A stretch of DNA of 64,000 nucleotides, from positions 7,201 to 71,200 of the forward strand of contig CANKAJ010000004.1 of NCBI GenBank assembly GCA_947479645.1, read 5' to 3'. The position numbers and the translations under genes are program-made. This document shows positions 1 through 12,105 of the stretch, in pieces. The notes below the pieces were generated by a model. It had not been told where the DNA came from. It did not search any database and saw nothing but the letters and a program-made list of their open reading frames with translations. The stretch is from Betaproteobacteria bacterium. Its GTDB lineage: Bacteria; Pseudomonadota; Gammaproteobacteria; Burkholderiales; SG8-39. Each line of letters begins with the position of its first letter. Position 1 is the stretch's first letter.

Positions 1-516
1 GAATGGAAGAGCAAGGTTGGGGAAGGTACTGCCGTACAGTGGCCCCTCGGCTTGGGTGGCAAGGGCAACGAAGGGGTGGCCGCATTTGTACAACGTGTGC
101 CCGCTGCAATTGGCTACGTTGAATATGCATACGCCAAGCAGAACAAGCTGACCCATATGCAATTGCGGAACAGCGACGGTGAGTATGTGCAACCCGACGA
201 TGACAATTTCAAGGCGGCTGCCGCGGGTGCCGATTGGGCTAAGTCAGCATTCTATGAAATTCTGACGGACAAACCCGGCAAAATGTCATGGCCAATTTCC
301 GGTGCGACATTCATTTTGATGCACAAGGTTCAGGATAAGCCGGCACAGGCAGTAGAAGTTATGAGATTTTTTGACTGGTCCTTCAAAAATGGCGGGAAAT
401 TGGCAACCGAACTCGAGTATGTTCCTTTGCCAGACTCGCTGATCAAATTAATCAATGCTTCTCTTGCTGCAAACATCAGGGATACATCAGGAAAGTCGCT
501 CTGGACTTCGCGCTAG
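1..516 (+). CDS. pstS: Phosphate ABC transporter substrate-binding protein PstS, C-terminal part (5' end lies upstream of the window)
   Basis: Frame 1 is open from base 1 (EWKSKVGEGTAVQWPLGLGGKGNEGVAAFVQRVPAAIGYVEYAYA...), which is the typical PstS core. Stop at 514-516. Followed directly by pstC-pstA-pstB. Confidence 0.85.
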   Translation, partial: EWKSKVGEGTAVQWPLGLGGKGNEGVAAFVQRVPAAIGYVEYAYAKQNKLTHMQLRNSDGEYVQPDDDNFKAAAAGADWAKSAFYEILTDKPGKMSWPISGATFILMHKVQDKPAQAVEVMRFFDWSFKNGGKLATELEYVPLPDSLIKLINASLAANIRDTSGKSLWTSR

Positions 517-603
517 CAAGGCTTTTTTGATTAGGATTTCTTATGCGATCGGGACCGGCAGTTTGCACTGTTCCGATAGCTTCACGATTCTAATAGGCCA
601 AGT

Positions 604-1626
604 GTGAGTTCAGCTCCTTATAGTGCTTCTGTGTCGCATGGTTACGAAGCCAGTTCGGTAAAATTCGAACCAATGAAAAAAAATGCGCAAAAACGCAAAT
701 GGATCGGTGACTGGATTTTTCGAAATCTAACCCGGTTGTTTGCGTTATTCACATTTCTGGTGCTCGCTGGAATCTCCTTTTCGCTGGTTTACGCTTCATG
801 GCCTTCGCTGCAGAAATTCGGGTTCTCCTTCCTTTGGACCAGCGAGTGGAACCCGCCCATGGAGCGCTTTGGGGCAATGATTCCGATTTACGGGACTATC
901 GTCACGTCAATTATTGCTTTGATTATTGCTGTTCCGGTGAGCTTCGGTATCGCCCTGTTTCTTACTGAGTTGTCGCCAAAGTGGCTGCGCCGGCCGCTTG
1001 GCACTGCGATCGAACTTCTCGCTGCGATTCCCAGTATCGTCTACGGGATGTGGGGGCTGCTGATTTTTTCCCCAATTTTTGCCAAATATATGCAGCCGGC
1101 ACTGACGGCAACACTTGGAAATATTCCATTGATCGGCCAGCTTTTTCAGGGGCCCGCCATGGGTATTGGGTTGCTGGCTGCCGGGATTATTCTGGCAATA
1201 ATGATAATTCCGTTTATCGCGTCGGTGATGCGTGACGTGTTCGAGGTCACACCCACGATGCTGAAGGAGTCATCTTATGCGCTGGGCTGCACCACCTGGG
1301 AGGTGGTATGGAATGTGGTTCTGCCCTATACCAAGATCGGAGTTACCGGTGGCATCATGCTTGGTCTCGGACGTGCTCTTGGTGAAACCATGGCTGTCAC
1401 ATTCATAATCGGCAATACCAATTTTCTCAACAGTGCGTCGCTGTACATGCCGGGAAACAGCATTACGTCAGCACTGGCCAATGAGTTTGCCGAGGCCGGT
1501 CAGGGTTTGCATACTGCCGCGTTGATGGAACTCGGTTTGGTTCTGTTCGTCATTACTTTTCTGGTCCTTGCCATTTCCAAAATTCTCCTCATGAAACTCA
1601 AAGTTGGCGAGGGGAGCCGTACATAA
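604..1626 (+). CDS. pstC: Phosphate ABC transporter permease PstC
   Basis: 340-aa polytopic membrane ORF with an ABC permease EAA-type loop ([18 protein letters not shown]). Sits between pstS and pstA. GTG start at 604; an internal ATG at 673 is an alternative start. Confidence 0.9.
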   Translation: MSSAPYSASVSHGYEASSVKFEPMKKNAQKRKWIGDWIFRNLTRLFALFTFLVLAGISFSLVYASWPSLQKFGFSFLWTSEWNPPMERFGAMIPIYGTIVTSIIALIIAVPVSFGIALFLTELSPKWLRRPLGTAIELLAAIPSIVYGMWGLLIFSPIFAKYMQPALTATLGNIPLIGQLFQGPAMGIGLLAAGIILAIMIIPFIASVMRDVFEVTPTMLKESSYALGCTTWEVVWNVVLPYTKIGVTGGIMLGLGRALGETMAVTFIIGNTNFLNSASLYMPGNSITSALANEFAEAGQGLHTAALMELGLVLFVITFLVLAISKILLMKLKVGEGSRT

Positions 1627-1641
1627 ACGGTATCGAATATT

Positions 1642-2484
1642 ATGAATCTGTCTAGTAAGCGCAAGCTGGTCAACAAGATCGCATTGACCCTGTCGTTGTT
1701 GGCCATGTCCTTCGGACTGTTCTGGTTGGTCTGGATTTTGTTTACCACCTTGCAACTTGGGGTGGCCGGGCTTTCGCTTGATCTGTTTACCAAGATGACG
1801 CCTCCGCCTGGATCAACTGAAGGCGGCCTGGCCAATGCCATCGTCGGAAGTCTGATACTTGTTGGTCTGGCAACGCTGATTGGAACGCCAATTGGAATTC
1901 TGACCGGCGTATTTCTTGCTGAGTACGGCGCTGGATCCTGGCTTGCGCATGCAACTCGGTTTATTAATGACATTTTGCTTTCCGCACCTTCGATTGTCAT
2001 CGGTCTTTTTATTTATGCTTTTTATGTGTCTCAGGTCGGGAATTTTTCCGGTATCTCAGGGGTAGCGGCATTGGCCCTGATTGTTGTCCCTGTGGTGGTG
2101 CGAACAACCGAAAACATGTTGCTGCTGGTACCTAACAGCTTACGCGAGGCGGCATTTGCACTGGGCGCCAAGCAGTCTGAGGTGATAATTCAGGTGACTC
2201 TGCAGGCATCCAGAGCCGGCATCATGACCGGCATTCTGCTCGCGGTGGCGCGGATTGCTGGCGAAACTGCGCCGCTGATGTTTACTGCGCTGTCGAATCA
2301 ATTCTGGTCATTGAATCTCAACGCACCCATGGCGAATCTTCCTGTGACGATCTTCAAATTTGCGATGAGCCCCTTTCCGGACTGGCAGCAGCTTGCTTGG
2401 GCAGGCGTGTTTCTCATTACGGTTGGAGTTCTGGCTCTGAATATTTGTGCGCGTTACTTTTTTAGGGATGAGATCCAGAGATGA
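1642..2484 (+). CDS. pstA: Phosphate ABC transporter permease PstA
   Basis: 280-aa membrane ORF with a permease signature ([16 protein letters not shown]). Overlaps pstB by 4 nt (ATGA). Confidence 0.9.
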   Translation: MNLSSKRKLVNKIALTLSLLAMSFGLFWLVWILFTTLQLGVAGLSLDLFTKMTPPPGSTEGGLANAIVGSLILVGLATLIGTPIGILTGVFLAEYGAGSWLAHATRFINDILLSAPSIVIGLFIYAFYVSQVGNFSGISGVAALALIVVPVVVRTTENMLLLVPNSLREAAFALGAKQSEVIIQVTLQASRAGIMTGILLAVARIAGETAPLMFTALSNQFWSLNLNAPMANLPVTIFKFAMSPFPDWQQLAWAGVFLITVGVLALNICARYFFRDEIQR

Positions 2485-3326
2485 ACATCGCCATGCCTGC
2501 CACAAATCCAGCAGCTTTGCGCAACGATAATGCAAGTGCTGTGTTTCATCCCGTGACGGCGGATACAGTCGAGACGGTCGAAATTTCATTCAAGAATTTC
2601 CAGTTTTATTATGGTAAATATCATGCCCTGAAGAACATCAATCTGGATATTTACAAGCGCAGGGTAACGGCTTTTATCGGTCCTTCGGGATGTGGCAAGT
2701 CGACATTACTGCGAACACTCAATCGGATGTATGACTTGTATCCGGAACAGCGTGCTGCAGGTGAGTTACTTTTCAATAATCGCAATATTATTGATTCTGG
2801 AGTTGATCTGAATGATCTGCGTGCCAGAATCGGAATGGTTTTTCAGAAACCCACGCCATTTCCAATGTCGATCTATGACAACATTGCTTTTGGAGTTCGA
2901 TTGCATGAGCGACTGTCCAAAGGGGAGATGGACGAGCGGATCGAGTGGGCGCTACAGAAGGCTGCGTTGTGGGACGAGGTCAAGGATAAACTCGGTCAGA
3001 GCGGCATGAGCCTCTCAGGTGGGCAACAACAGCGACTGTGCATTGCGAGAGGGATTGCTGTAAAGCCGCATGTACTGCTATTGGACGAACCGACTTCGGC
3101 GCTTGACCCGATTTCCACGCTGCGTATTGAAGAGCTAGTGCATGATCTGAAAAAGGACTTCACTATTGTCATAGTCACTCACAATATGCAGCAGGCTGCC
3201 CGTGTGTCCGACTACACGGCATATATGTATCTTGGCGAACTTATTGAGTTTGGCGTCACGGACAGTATTTTCGTCAATCCCAAAAGAAAAGAAACGGAAG
3301 ACTACATTACCGGTCGTTTTGGCTAG
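2481..3326 (+). CDS. pstB: Phosphate ABC transporter ATP-binding protein PstB
   Basis: Walker [13 protein letters not shown] signature [13 protein letters not shown], Walker [12 protein letters not shown]. The C-terminal YITGRFG is typical of PstB. Confidence 0.95.
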   Translation: MNIAMPATNPAALRNDNASAVFHPVTADTVETVEISFKNFQFYYGKYHALKNINLDIYKRRVTAFIGPSGCGKSTLLRTLNRMYDLYPEQRAAGELLFNNRNIIDSGVDLNDLRARIGMVFQKPTPFPMSIYDNIAFGVRLHERLSKGEMDERIEWALQKAALWDEVKDKLGQSGMSLSGGQQQRLCIARGIAVKPHVLLLDEPTSALDPISTLRIEELVHDLKKDFTIVIVTHNMQQAARVSDYTAYMYLGELIEFGVTDSIFVNPKRKETEDYITGRFG

Positions 3327-3615
3327 CGCCATTGAGTACTTTGGGAATTGTCGTGTTGGCGAATGGATGGCCTGTCTAATTGGACGAATGATTCATCAGC
3401 GAAAATGGGTTCCGGAAAAATGGATTCTGGAACATCCTGAATCACTTGCTTTTTTCTTGTACTTCATTGACCGGTTTGCCGCCTCCGCGCTACAATTACG
3501 TGTGGGAGGCAGACGCTTCGATTCGTGCATGTCCACATAATTCCTATCCCCGTTTGGGATAGAGCCCGCGTTTGAATTGGTTGCGCCTAGGCTTAGGTGG
3601 CGTTAGTGGAGGAAC

Positions 3616-4383
3616 ATGAAAGTAGGTAGGCGGCGGCTCGTAGCGGGAAACTGGAAGATGAATGGGAGTCTTGCCGCCAATGAACGCCTGCTTGATGCAC
3701 TCAAGGCCGGGCTGAAACCGGTAGCTGGATTGGAGTTCGCCGTTTTTGCTCCATTTCCATATCTTGCCGCGATATCCAGCCTACTGTCCGGAAGTTTTAT
3801 CGGATGGGGTGCTCAGGATGTCTCTGAGCATGATGTTGGCGCCTATACCGGGGAGGTGTCCGGGTCAATGCTTAGGGAATTTGGATGTCGCTATGTGTTG
3901 GTTGGGCATTCCGAGCGTCGGCAACTGTTTGGGGAAGTTGATATGCAGGTTGCGGCGAAATTTGCGGCCGCACAGCGCCATGGTCTCATTCCCATATTAT
4001 GTGTGGGCGAAACTCTGGAGCAGCGTGAACTCGGCGCTACTGAAGTAGTTGTTGGTCGGCAACTCGATGCTGTGTTGGATCTGACTGGTATCGTAGCGCT
4101 GAAAAACGCAGTGGTAGCCTATGAGCCGGTTTGGGCCATTGGTACTGGAAAAAATGCAAGCCCAGATCAGGCGCAAGCTGTACATGCCTTCATTCGTGAG
4201 CGTCTGGCTCTTAGGAGCAAGGAAATTGCCGATGCGGTTACTTTGCTCTACGGTGGTAGTGTAAAAGCTTCGAATGCTGCGGAGTTGTTTACCCAGCCCG
4301 ATGTTGATGGTGGCTTGATTGGTGGGGCTTCATTGATAGCTGATGATTTTCTAGCCATCTGTAAATCTGCAGAAAACGCGTAG
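3616..4383 (+). CDS. tpiA: Triose-phosphate isomerase
   Basis: VAGNWKMNGS near the N-terminus, VGHSERR, AYEPVWAIGTG, YGGSVK. GGAGG RBS upstream of the ATG. Confidence 0.95.
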   Translation: MKVGRRRLVAGNWKMNGSLAANERLLDALKAGLKPVAGLEFAVFAPFPYLAAISSLLSGSFIGWGAQDVSEHDVGAYTGEVSGSMLREFGCRYVLVGHSERRQLFGEVDMQVAAKFAAAQRHGLIPILCVGETLEQRELGATEVVVGRQLDAVLDLTGIVALKNAVVAYEPVWAIGTGKNASPDQAQAVHAFIRERLALRSKEIADAVTLLYGGSVKASNAAELFTQPDVDGGLIGGASLIADDFLAICKSAENA

Positions 4384-4393
4384 GAAAGAATCT

Positions 4394-4810
4394 ATGAGTA
4401 ATATTTGGATGACGGTAATATTGATTGTGCACGTGGTGACCGCGCTAGGTATTATTGGCTTGGTGTTGCTGCAGCACGGCAAAGGAGCCGATGTGGGTGC
4501 TGCATTCGGTAGCGGAGCGTCAGGAAGTCTATTTGGAGCAACGGGTTCTGCCAATTTTCTTTCGCGAGCGACTGCGATGCTGGCAGTAATTTTCTTTCTG
4601 ACTAGTCTGGGTCTTGCTTATGTTGCGACTCATAAGCCTCGGGATAATAGCGGTGTGATGGATGCGGTTAAGGAAGCGCCTGCGCCTTCTACGTCTGGTC
4701 AAGTAGGCATAGATAAAGCGGTTGGAGATGGTCCCAATTTAGTGGATGGCAAGGTGCCGTCCTCCGGAAATAGTTCGTCAGAATCAAAGGCGAATGAAGT
4801 TCCAAAGTAG
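4394..4810 (+). CDS. secG: Preprotein translocase subunit SecG
   Basis: Two TM helices flank the LLQHGKGADVGAAFGSGASGSLFG motif. Conserved position tpiA-secG-tRNA-Leu. Long low-complexity C-terminal tail. Confidence 0.85.
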   Translation: MSNIWMTVILIVHVVTALGIIGLVLLQHGKGADVGAAFGSGASGSLFGATGSANFLSRATAMLAVIFFLTSLGLAYVATHKPRDNSGVMDAVKEAPAPSTSGQVGIDKAVGDGPNLVDGKVPSSGNSSSESKANEVPK

Positions 4811-4918
4811 TAGAATATATTTTGTTTTAAAGTCTGGCCTGAATTGCGGTTTGTTAGCATTTGAGTGCGCGCCTTTTCTAAATATTGTTGGAATTGGTGA
4901 GATTTCCGACTTAATCAT

Positions 4919-5003
4919 GCCGACGTGGTGAAATTGGTAGACACGCCGTCTTGAGGGGGCGGTGGCGAAAGCTGTGGGAGTTCGAGTCTCCCCGTCGGCA
5001 CCA
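4919..5003 (+). tRNA. tRNA-Leu (anticodon GAG), type II with long variable arm, CCA encoded
   Basis: Acceptor stem GCCGACG/CGTCGGC. Anticodon stem CCGTC/GGCGG with loop TTGAGGG. T-arm GGGAGTTCGAGTCTCCC. Discriminator A plus CCA. Same secG-leuU arrangement as in other Proteobacteria. Confidence 0.9.
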
Positions 5004-5150
5004 GTATTGAGCAGGGGAGTCAGATAGGAAATAGAATTCTTTTTTGACCCGTTTTTGCGATAGTGGACGTAAATGCGTGAGCCGGAATCGAAGGACCCAA
5101 GTTGAATACGTTGGCGTCAATGCAGTTTTCTCGGGCATATTGAATTGACC

Positions 5151-5519
5151 ATGCTCGATAATTACTTCCCAATTCTTGCTTTTATTTTTGTGTCAATCGC
5201 TGTTGGCATCGGGCCCAGCATTGGTGGCTGGGTGTGTTCTTCGCTTCTTGGGTGGAATCGTCCCGATAGCCAGAAACTGTCGCCTTATGAGTGCGGATTT
5301 GAGGCATTCGAGGATGCGAGAATGAAATTCGACGTCCGCTACTATCTGGTGGCAATCCTATTTATTCTGTTTGATCTGGAAATTGCCTTTCTCTTCCCTT
5401 GGGCGGTGGTATTGAATGAGATTGGCTTTTTTGGCTTCGTATCCATGATGATCTTTCTCCTAATACTTGTAGTTGGCTTCATCTATGAGTGGATGAAGGG
5501 TGCTCTGGAATGGGAATAG
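5151..5519 (+). CDS. nuoA: NADH-quinone oxidoreductase subunit A
   Basis: [14 protein letters not shown]..., [24 protein letters not shown]. The ORF track opens at a TTG at 5145; the ATG at 5151 is preferred. Confidence 0.9.
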   Translation: MLDNYFPILAFIFVSIAVGIGPSIGGWVCSSLLGWNRPDSQKLSPYECGFEAFEDARMKFDVRYYLVAILFILFDLEIAFLFPWAVVLNEIGFFGFVSMMIFLLILVVGFIYEWMKGALEWE

Positions 5520-5528
5520 GAAGGGTGC

Positions 5529-6008
5529 ATGGGCGCAAATGACGGACTGATGCAGCAGGGGTTTGTCACCACTTCTGTTGACACGGTTATCAATTGGACT
5601 CGTACCGGGTCATTGTGGCCGATGACTTTTGGTCTTGCTTGTTGTGCTGTTGAAATGATGCATGCAGGTGCAGCGCGCTATGATCTGGATCGATTCGGGA
5701 TAGTTTTTCGTCCAAGCCCACGGCACTCCGATCTGATGATAGTTGCTGGTACTTTGTGCAACAAGATGGCGCCTGCTTTGCGCAAAGTTTATGACCAGAT
5801 GGCTGAACCTCGCTGGGTAATTTCAATGGGATCCTGCGCGAACGGTGGTGGTTATTATCATTACAGCTACTCTGTTGTACGCGGTTGTGATCGCATAGTG
5901 CCAGTCGATGTTTATGTACCGGGTTGTCCTCCGACAGCAGAGGCACTGCTTTACGGTTTGGTGCAGCTTCAAAACAAGATCAAGCGTACCAATACGATTG
6001 CTCGATAG
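5529..6008 (+). CDS. nuoB: NADH-quinone oxidoreductase subunit B
   Basis: [26 protein letters not shown] and VPGCPP are the N2 Fe-S cluster ligand motifs. Confidence 0.95.
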   Translation: MGANDGLMQQGFVTTSVDTVINWTRTGSLWPMTFGLACCAVEMMHAGAARYDLDRFGIVFRPSPRHSDLMIVAGTLCNKMAPALRKVYDQMAEPRWVISMGSCANGGGYYHYSYSVVRGCDRIVPVDVYVPGCPPTAEALLYGLVQLQNKIKRTNTIAR

Positions 6009-6033
6009 GCATCCTGAAGTAACGCAACTATTC

Positions 6034-6642
6034 ATGACTACCGCCAAAATTGAAACTCTGAAGAATGCCCTAGTTGTTGCGCTCGGTGACAGGATTCAGG
6101 AACTTGTCGAGGCGCTTGGAGAATTGACTCTGGTGGTCAAGTCCGAGGATCTGCTGGCGGTTGCCAAAATCTTGCGTGATGCTCCTGCAGTTCGTTGCGA
6201 GGAACTGATTGACTTATGTGGAGTTGATTATTCCACATGGGGTGAGTCAGTTCAGACAGGACGGCGGTTTGCGGCAGTTTGTCATTTGATGTCAATTACG
6301 CACAATTGGCGATTGCGTCTACGGAGTTTTGCGCCAGACGATGATTTTCCGATGTTGGACTCGGTGACAGGCGTCTGGCCCAATGCTGATTGGTATGAGC
6401 GTGAGGCATTTGATCTTTTTGGGATCATTTTCAGTGGCCACAACGATTTGCGCCGCATTCTTACTGACTACGGATTTGTGGGGCATCCGTTTCGGAAGGA
6501 TTTTCCGCTATCTGGCAATGTGGAAATGCGCTATGACCCCGATCAAAAGCGCGTGATTTACCAACCGGTCACCATTGAGCCGCGCGAGGTTACGCCGCGT
6601 ATTATCCGCGAGGAAAACTACGGCAATTTGGGTAAGCAGTAA
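6034..6642 (+). CDS. nuoC: NADH-quinone oxidoreductase subunit C
   Basis: ATG at 6034 ([11 protein letters not shown]...) lies just after the nuoB stop. ERE(A)FDLFGI and HPFRKDFPL motifs. The longer ORF-track start (5908) overlaps nuoB and is rejected. Confidence 0.9.
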   Translation: MTTAKIETLKNALVVALGDRIQELVEALGELTLVVKSEDLLAVAKILRDAPAVRCEELIDLCGVDYSTWGESVQTGRRFAAVCHLMSITHNWRLRLRSFAPDDDFPMLDSVTGVWPNADWYEREAFDLFGIIFSGHNDLRRILTDYGFVGHPFRKDFPLSGNVEMRYDPDQKRVIYQPVTIEPREVTPRIIREENYGNLGKQ

Positions 6643-6646
6643 GAAT

Positions 6647-7900
6647 ATGGCTGAAATTCGTAATTACACCCTCAATTTTGGACCGCAGCACCCTGCAGCT
6701 CATGGTGTGCTTCGTCTAGTTCTTGAACTCGACGGCGAAGTTGTTCAACGCGCCGATCCGCATATCGGGTTGTTACACCGTGCCACTGAGAAACTGGCCG
6801 AGCACAAGACATGGATTCAGTCGCTTCCATATATGGATCGACTCGATTACGTTTCAATGATGTGCAATGAGCACGCCTACTGTTTGGCAATTGAGAAATT
6901 GCTGGGCGTCGATGTGCCGTTACGTGCTCAGTACATCCGAGTTATGTTTGACGAAGTTACGCGGATTCTGAATCATTTGCTGTGGCTTGGAGCGCACGCA
7001 CTGGATATTGGTGCGATGACGGTGTTTCTCTACTGTTTCCGTGAACGAGAGGATTTGATGGATTGCTACGAGGCGGTATCAGGTGCACGTATGCACGCTG
7101 CATACTATCGTCCTGGTGGCGTTTATCGTGATCTGCCGGATGTGATGCCGCAGTATCAGCCTTCTCCTTATCGGAATGACAAGAAGCTTCGTGATTTGAA
7201 TTCCAATCGGCAGGGGTCACTGCTTGATTTTATGGAAGACTTCACCATCCGTTTTCCCAGATACGTCGACGAATACGAGACATTGCTTACCGATAATCGT
7301 ATCTGGAAGCAGCGCACAGTGGGTATTGGCGTGGTTTCGCCGGAACGGGCGATGGCGCTGGGATTTACCGGTGCGATGCTGCGTGGATCCGGAGTCGAAT
7401 GGGATTTGCGCAAAAAGCAGCCATACGAGACCTATGATCGTGTGGATTTCGATATCCCGGTTGGCGTAAACGGCGATTGCTATGACCGTTACCTTGTTCG
7501 CATTGAGGAATTTCGTCAGTCGAACCGGATTATCAGGCAGTGCATTGATTGGCTTCGTGCCAATCCAGGTCCAGTCATTACCGCTAATCATAAAGTGGCG
7601 CCACCTTCCAGGGTTGGACTGAAAAGCAACATGGAAGAATTGATTCATCATTTCAAGCTTTTTAGCGAGGGCATTCATGTGCCGCCGGGGGAAGTCTACG
7701 CGGCAATAGAGCATCCCAAGGGGGAGTTCGGCATTTATGCTGTGTCAGATGGCGCAAACAAACCTTATCGTCTAAAGATTCGATCCCCGGGCTTTGCCCA
7801 CCTTGCGGCGCTCAGTGAAATGTCCAAGGGGCACATGCTGGCGGATGTGGTTGCCATTATTGGTACGCAAGACATTGTATTTGGGGAAATTGACAGATGA
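6647..7900 (+). CDS. nuoD: NADH-quinone oxidoreductase subunit D
   Basis: [31 protein letters not shown]... is the canonical NuoD N-terminus; the C-terminus is DIVFGEIDR. The start at 6647 follows the nuoC stop. Confidence 0.95.
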   Translation: MAEIRNYTLNFGPQHPAAHGVLRLVLELDGEVVQRADPHIGLLHRATEKLAEHKTWIQSLPYMDRLDYVSMMCNEHAYCLAIEKLLGVDVPLRAQYIRVMFDEVTRILNHLLWLGAHALDIGAMTVFLYCFREREDLMDCYEAVSGARMHAAYYRPGGVYRDLPDVMPQYQPSPYRNDKKLRDLNSNRQGSLLDFMEDFTIRFPRYVDEYETLLTDNRIWKQRTVGIGVVSPERAMALGFTGAMLRGSGVEWDLRKKQPYETYDRVDFDIPVGVNGDCYDRYLVRIEEFRQSNRIIRQCIDWLRANPGPVITANHKVAPPSRVGLKSNMEELIHHFKLFSEGIHVPPGEVYAAIEHPKGEFGIYAVSDGANKPYRLKIRSPGFAHLAALSEMSKGHMLADVVAIIGTQDIVFGEIDR

Positions 7901-8415
7901 GTCCTCAAATTAATGCACCGGTATTATCTGTTGAGGCACTGACTAAAATTGATCGCGAGATTGCCAAGTATCCACTGGACCAGAAGCAATCAGCAGTGAT
8001 GGCTGCATTGATTGTCGCACAGGACGAGAAAGGCTGGCTTGCCCCGGAAACGATGGACTTTATTGCCAATTATCTGGGTATGCCGTCGGTGGCTGTGTAC
8101 GAAGTGGCTACGTTCTACAACATGTATAACCTGCAGCAAACTGGGCGCTTTAAGCTGACAATCTGCACCTGCCTGCCCTGTGGGTTGCAGGGGGCTCTTG
8201 CCGCTGCCGATCATCTGAAAAAGCAGCTTGGAATCGATTTCAATGAAACGACGGCAGACGGTCAGTTTACATTGAAAGAGGGTGAATGCATGGGGGCCTG
8301 TGCGATGGCGCCGGTGGTCTTGGTTAATAACAAGCGTATGTGTGATTACATGTCTGTTGAAAAGCTTGACGCCTTGGTGGCTGAATTGCGCAACTCATCC
8401 CCGCAGAAGGTGTGA
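7897..8415 (+). CDS. nuoE: NADH-quinone oxidoreductase subunit E
   Basis: 2Fe-2S ligand pattern (CTCLPC ... CMGAC). ATGA overlap with nuoD. Confidence 0.9.
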   Translation: MSPQINAPVLSVEALTKIDREIAKYPLDQKQSAVMAALIVAQDEKGWLAPETMDFIANYLGMPSVAVYEVATFYNMYNLQQTGRFKLTICTCLPCGLQGALAAADHLKKQLGIDFNETTADGQFTLKEGECMGACAMAPVVLVNNKRMCDYMSVEKLDALVAELRNSSPQKV

Positions 8416-8416
8416 C

Positions 8417-9766
8417 ATGCTGAATTACGGCCCTGACGCGATTGTGCTTGCCGGACTGGACGGCAATAACTGGCGACTGAAGGACTACGAGGCACGCGAA
8501 GGCTATGCTTCGTTGAAGAAGATTCTCAATGAAAAGATAACGCCCGATGTGGTGATCGGTGAATTGAAGAAATCCACCCTTCGCGGCCGTGGCGGTGCGG
8601 GTTTTCCCACCGGCCTGAAGTGGAGCTTCATGCCACGCCAGTTTCCGGGGGCGAAGTATCTGGTGTGCAACTCTGATGAGGGCGAACCGGGCACTTGCAA
8701 GGACAGGGATATCCTTCGTTATAACCCGCATTCCGTGATTGAGGGAATGATCATAGGCGCCTATGCGATGGGCGCGACCGCTGGTTATAACTACATTCAT
8801 GGTGAAATCTGGTCCGAATACGAGCGTTTCGAAGAAGCGCTGGCAGAGGCACGAGCTGCAGGGTATTTGGGCAAGAATATCCTTGGTTCTGAATTCAGTT
8901 TTGAGTTGCATGCACACGCCGGTTATGGCGCCTACATTTGCGGTGAGGAAACTGCGTTGCTGGAGTCACTGGAGGGGAAAAAGGGGCAGCCCCGATTTAA
9001 GCCGCCTTTTCCAGCAAGCTTTGGTCTTTATGGCAAGCCAACCACGATTAACAACACTGAGACATTTGCCAATGTGCCTTGGATTTTTCGTAATGGTGCC
9101 GATGCCTTTCTGGCATTAGGCAAGCCCAATAATGGGGGCACCAAGGTGTTTTCAGTATCCGGACATGTCAATCGCCCCGGTAACTATGAGGTCAGACTCG
9201 GAACACCGTTTGCCAAGTTACTTGAGATGGCCGGCGGTGTGCGCGGTGGGCACAAGCTTAAGGCCGTAATACCCGGCGGATCATCCATGCCGGTATTGCC
9301 CGCAGACATCATTATGGCTACGGACATGGATTACGACTCTATCGCCAAGGCGGGGTCCATGCTGGGTTCCGGTGCGGTTATTGTAATGGACGAGACTACT
9401 TGCATGGTCAGGGCCTTGGAGCGTCTGTCGTATTTCTATTTTGAGGAGTCTTGCGGACAATGTACGCCTTGTCGTGAGGGTACCGGCTGGCTGTACCGTG
9501 TGGTTAATCGAATCGAAACCGGCAAGGGGCTAAGTGAAGATCTGGCCTTGCTCGATAATGTTGCAGATAACATTGCCGGCCGGACCATCTGTGCACTGGG
9601 TGATGCGGCTGCACTGCCTGTCAAAAGTTTTCTCAAGCATTTTCGGCAGGAATTTCAGTATCACTTAGAGAACAAGCGCTGTCTCGTTACTGGTACTGAC
9701 GTTGAGCCGCAATGGGGACGATCCGGTGCACATGGTCTTCCTCACAATATGGCAAAGGCAGCCTGA
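8417..9766 (+). CDS. nuoF: NADH-quinone oxidoreductase subunit F
   Basis: ATG at 8417 ([11 protein letters not shown]...). FMN/NADH site [26 protein letters not shown]-terminal tail of about 25 residues past the conserved end. Confidence 0.95.
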   Translation: MLNYGPDAIVLAGLDGNNWRLKDYEAREGYASLKKILNEKITPDVVIGELKKSTLRGRGGAGFPTGLKWSFMPRQFPGAKYLVCNSDEGEPGTCKDRDILRYNPHSVIEGMIIGAYAMGATAGYNYIHGEIWSEYERFEEALAEARAAGYLGKNILGSEFSFELHAHAGYGAYICGEETALLESLEGKKGQPRFKPPFPASFGLYGKPTTINNTETFANVPWIFRNGADAFLALGKPNNGGTKVFSVSGHVNRPGNYEVRLGTPFAKLLEMAGGVRGGHKLKAVIPGGSSMPVLPADIIMATDMDYDSIAKAGSMLGSGAVIVMDETTCMVRALERLSYFYFEESCGQCTPCREGTGWLYRVVNRIETGKGLSEDLALLDNVADNIAGRTICALGDAAALPVKSFLKHFRQEFQYHLENKRCLVTGTDVEPQWGRSGAHGLPHNMAKAA

Positions 9767-9768
9767 TT

Positions 9769-12105
9769 ATGGCAATGCTGAATGTGGAAGTGGATGGCAG
9801 AAACGTGGAAGTTCCACATGGCGCGACAGTCATGGAGGCAGCAAACAAGCTTGGCATCTTTGTGCCGCATTTCTGTTATCACAAGAAGCTATCTATCGCA
9901 GCAAACTGTCGCATGTGTCTGGTCCAGGTTGAAAAGGCAGCCAAGCCGATGCCGGCCTGTGCTACGCCCGCGACTGACGGAATGAAGGTGTGGACACATT
10001 CCGATGCTGCGAAGACTGCCCAAAAAGGCGTAATGGAATTCCTGCTGATCAATCATCCATTGGATTGTCCAATATGTGATCAGGGTGGAGAGTGCCAGTT
10101 GCAGGATCTTGCAGTTGGTTATGGCGGGAGTACATCCCGCTATGATGAGCCGAAGCGGGTGGTTTTCCACAAGAATATGGGTCCGCTGATCTCAGCCGAG
10201 GAAATGTCTCGTTGCATCCATTGCACCCGTTGTGTTCGCTTCGGGCAGGAAGTTGCCGGAGTCATGGAACTTGGAATGATAGGGCGCGGCGAGCATTCCG
10301 AGATTGTGTCCTTTGTTGGTAAGTCGGTTGATTCTGAATTGTCCGGGAATATGATTGACCTTTGCCCGGTGGGAGCATTGACCTCCAAACCTTTCCGTTA
10401 CAGTGCGCGTACGTGGGAGCTTAGTCGTCGCAAGTCGATTTCCCCACACGATAGCCTAGGGGCTAATCTGGTCGTACAAATCAAACAAAACAAGGTAATG
10501 CGCGTTGTTCCGCTGGAAAACGAGAGTCTTAACGAATGCTGGATTTCGGACCGTGATCGCTTTTCGTATGAAGGATTGAACTCCGAGCAACGGCTGACCA
10601 AGCCCATGCTTAAGGAAAACGGTGCGTGGCGAGAAGTAAGCTGGCAACTCGCGCTTGAGCATGTTGCAAAGCGATTGGTCGAGATTAAGCAAGCCCATGG
10701 CGCTGACACCATTGGAGCGTTAATAAGTCCGTTGGCCACGCTAGAGGAAATGTATCTGGCCCAGAAGCTGATGCGTGGCTTTGGCAGTGACAACATTGAT
10801 TTCCGGCTTCGTCAGTCGGATTTTGCCGCTGATGGCAAGCGCAAAGGATTTCCTTGGCTGGGAATGAGGATCGTCGATATTGGCGGTCTGGACCGAGTTC
10901 TTATAGTCGGATCCTTTCTGCGTAAGGATCATCCGCTACTGGCTGCGCGTTTTCGCATTGCGTCCAAGCGCACGCAGGATGTCAATATCATTCACGTTGC
11001 GGATGATGATTTGCTGTTGAATGTGGCTAATAAGGCCATTGTGCCTCCTCAGTTGTTGCCCGAAATGCTCGGGCAGGTAATAAAGGCCATCGCTGAAAGT
11101 CGGAATCTGCCTGTTCCGTCGGCAGTGGCTGGGCTAGAGGTTGAAGATGCTGCACGCAGGATTGCGGCTAGTCTCGCTTCAGGGAAGTTACCGGGTGTTT
11201 TTCTTGGGAATTTAGCCGAGCAGCATCCGCGCGCAGGCGAATTGAACGCGCTGGCACAGATGCTGGCTGAGATGCTTGGCGGTCGCTTTGGTTTTCTCGG
11301 TCAGGCCGCTAATTCAACAGGTGGTTATGTTGCACAGTGTCTGCCAATGGGTCAGGGGCTGAATGCTATTAAGATGCTCGAAGCGCCGAGAAAGGCGTAT
11401 CTGCTCTTTGGTTTGGAGCCCGAACTGGACTGTCACAACCCAGCTCAGGCTAGCAAGGCGATAGGCATGGCTGAGTTTGTTGTCTCAATTACCTCATATC
11501 GCAGCACCGCTGCTGACGATGCCGATGTGATCCTGCCACTTGCGCCATTCACCGAAACGTCAGGCACTTTGATTAATTGCGAGGGTGTATCGCAAAGCTT
11601 CAATGGCGTAGTTAGGCCCGCAGGGGATGCCCGGCCCGGTTGGAAGATTCTGAGGGTACTGGGCAATCTGCTGGGTATCGCCGGTTTTGATTACGACTCC
11701 AGCGAGGCGGTTCGCGATGAGGCTTGTGGGGCCCGCAATCTGTTGGAACTGCTGTGCAACGAAGTTAATGGCATTTCCTTGTCACTTGGCGAAGCTTGCG
11801 AGAACGGGTTGCAACGAATATCGGATGTTCCGATTTACTTCTCCGACCCAATTGTACGGCGTGCCGAGGCGCTCCAACTGACCTCCGATGCAAGGCAGCC
11901 CAAAGCCTGGATGTCTAGCGCAGTTGCGCAGAGTTTGGGGCTGGCTGCAGGTGGAAAAGTAAAAATAGTGCAGAGTGGAACAGCCGTTCTTGAAGTCGGA
12001 CTCGATGACCGATTGCCCGCGCAAACTGTTCGGGTGGCTGCAGCGCACTTGTCCACATCCGCATTGGGTCCAATGTTCGGTCCAATTACAGTGGAGAAAG
12101 CGTGA
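9769..12105 (+). CDS. nuoG: NADH-quinone oxidoreductase subunit G
   Basis: ATG at 9769 right after the nuoF stop ([25 protein letters not shown]). [33 protein letters not shown] Fe-S motifs. Confidence 0.95.
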   Translation: MAMLNVEVDGRNVEVPHGATVMEAANKLGIFVPHFCYHKKLSIAANCRMCLVQVEKAAKPMPACATPATDGMKVWTHSDAAKTAQKGVMEFLLINHPLDCPICDQGGECQLQDLAVGYGGSTSRYDEPKRVVFHKNMGPLISAEEMSRCIHCTRCVRFGQEVAGVMELGMIGRGEHSEIVSFVGKSVDSELSGNMIDLCPVGALTSKPFRYSARTWELSRRKSISPHDSLGANLVVQIKQNKVMRVVPLENESLNECWISDRDRFSYEGLNSEQRLTKPMLKENGAWREVSWQLALEHVAKRLVEIKQAHGADTIGALISPLATLEEMYLAQKLMRGFGSDNIDFRLRQSDFAADGKRKGFPWLGMRIVDIGGLDRVLIVGSFLRKDHPLLAARFRIASKRTQDVNIIHVADDDLLLNVANKAIVPPQLLPEMLGQVIKAIAESRNLPVPSAVAGLEVEDAARRIAASLASGKLPGVFLGNLAEQHPRAGELNALAQMLAEMLGGRFGFLGQAANSTGGYVAQCLPMGQGLNAIKMLEAPRKAYLLFGLEPELDCHNPAQASKAIGMAEFVVSITSYRSTAADDADVILPLAPFTETSGTLINCEGVSQSFNGVVRPAGDARPGWKILRVLGNLLGIAGFDYDSSEAVRDEACGARNLLELLCNEVNGISLSLGEACENGLQRISDVPIYFSDPIVRRAEALQLTSDARQPKAWMSSAVAQSLGLAAGGKVKIVQSGTAVLEVGLDDRLPAQTVRVAAAHLSTSALGPMFGPITVEKA

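Noticed and set aside
3202-3540. 112-aa ORF spanning the pstB 3' end and the spacer
   Set aside because: It overlaps pstB out of frame, and I see no RBS and no recognisable domain. It is not a PhoU remnant: there is no PhoU-like helical repeat and the length is too short.
5908-9766. Long N-terminal extensions in the ORF track for nuoC (5908), nuoD (6575), nuoF (8282), nuoG (9712) and nuoI (13010)
   Set aside because: The extensions overlap the preceding nuo gene in another frame and have non-protein-like composition. Canonical conserved N-termini begin at internal ATGs placed right after the upstream stop codons.
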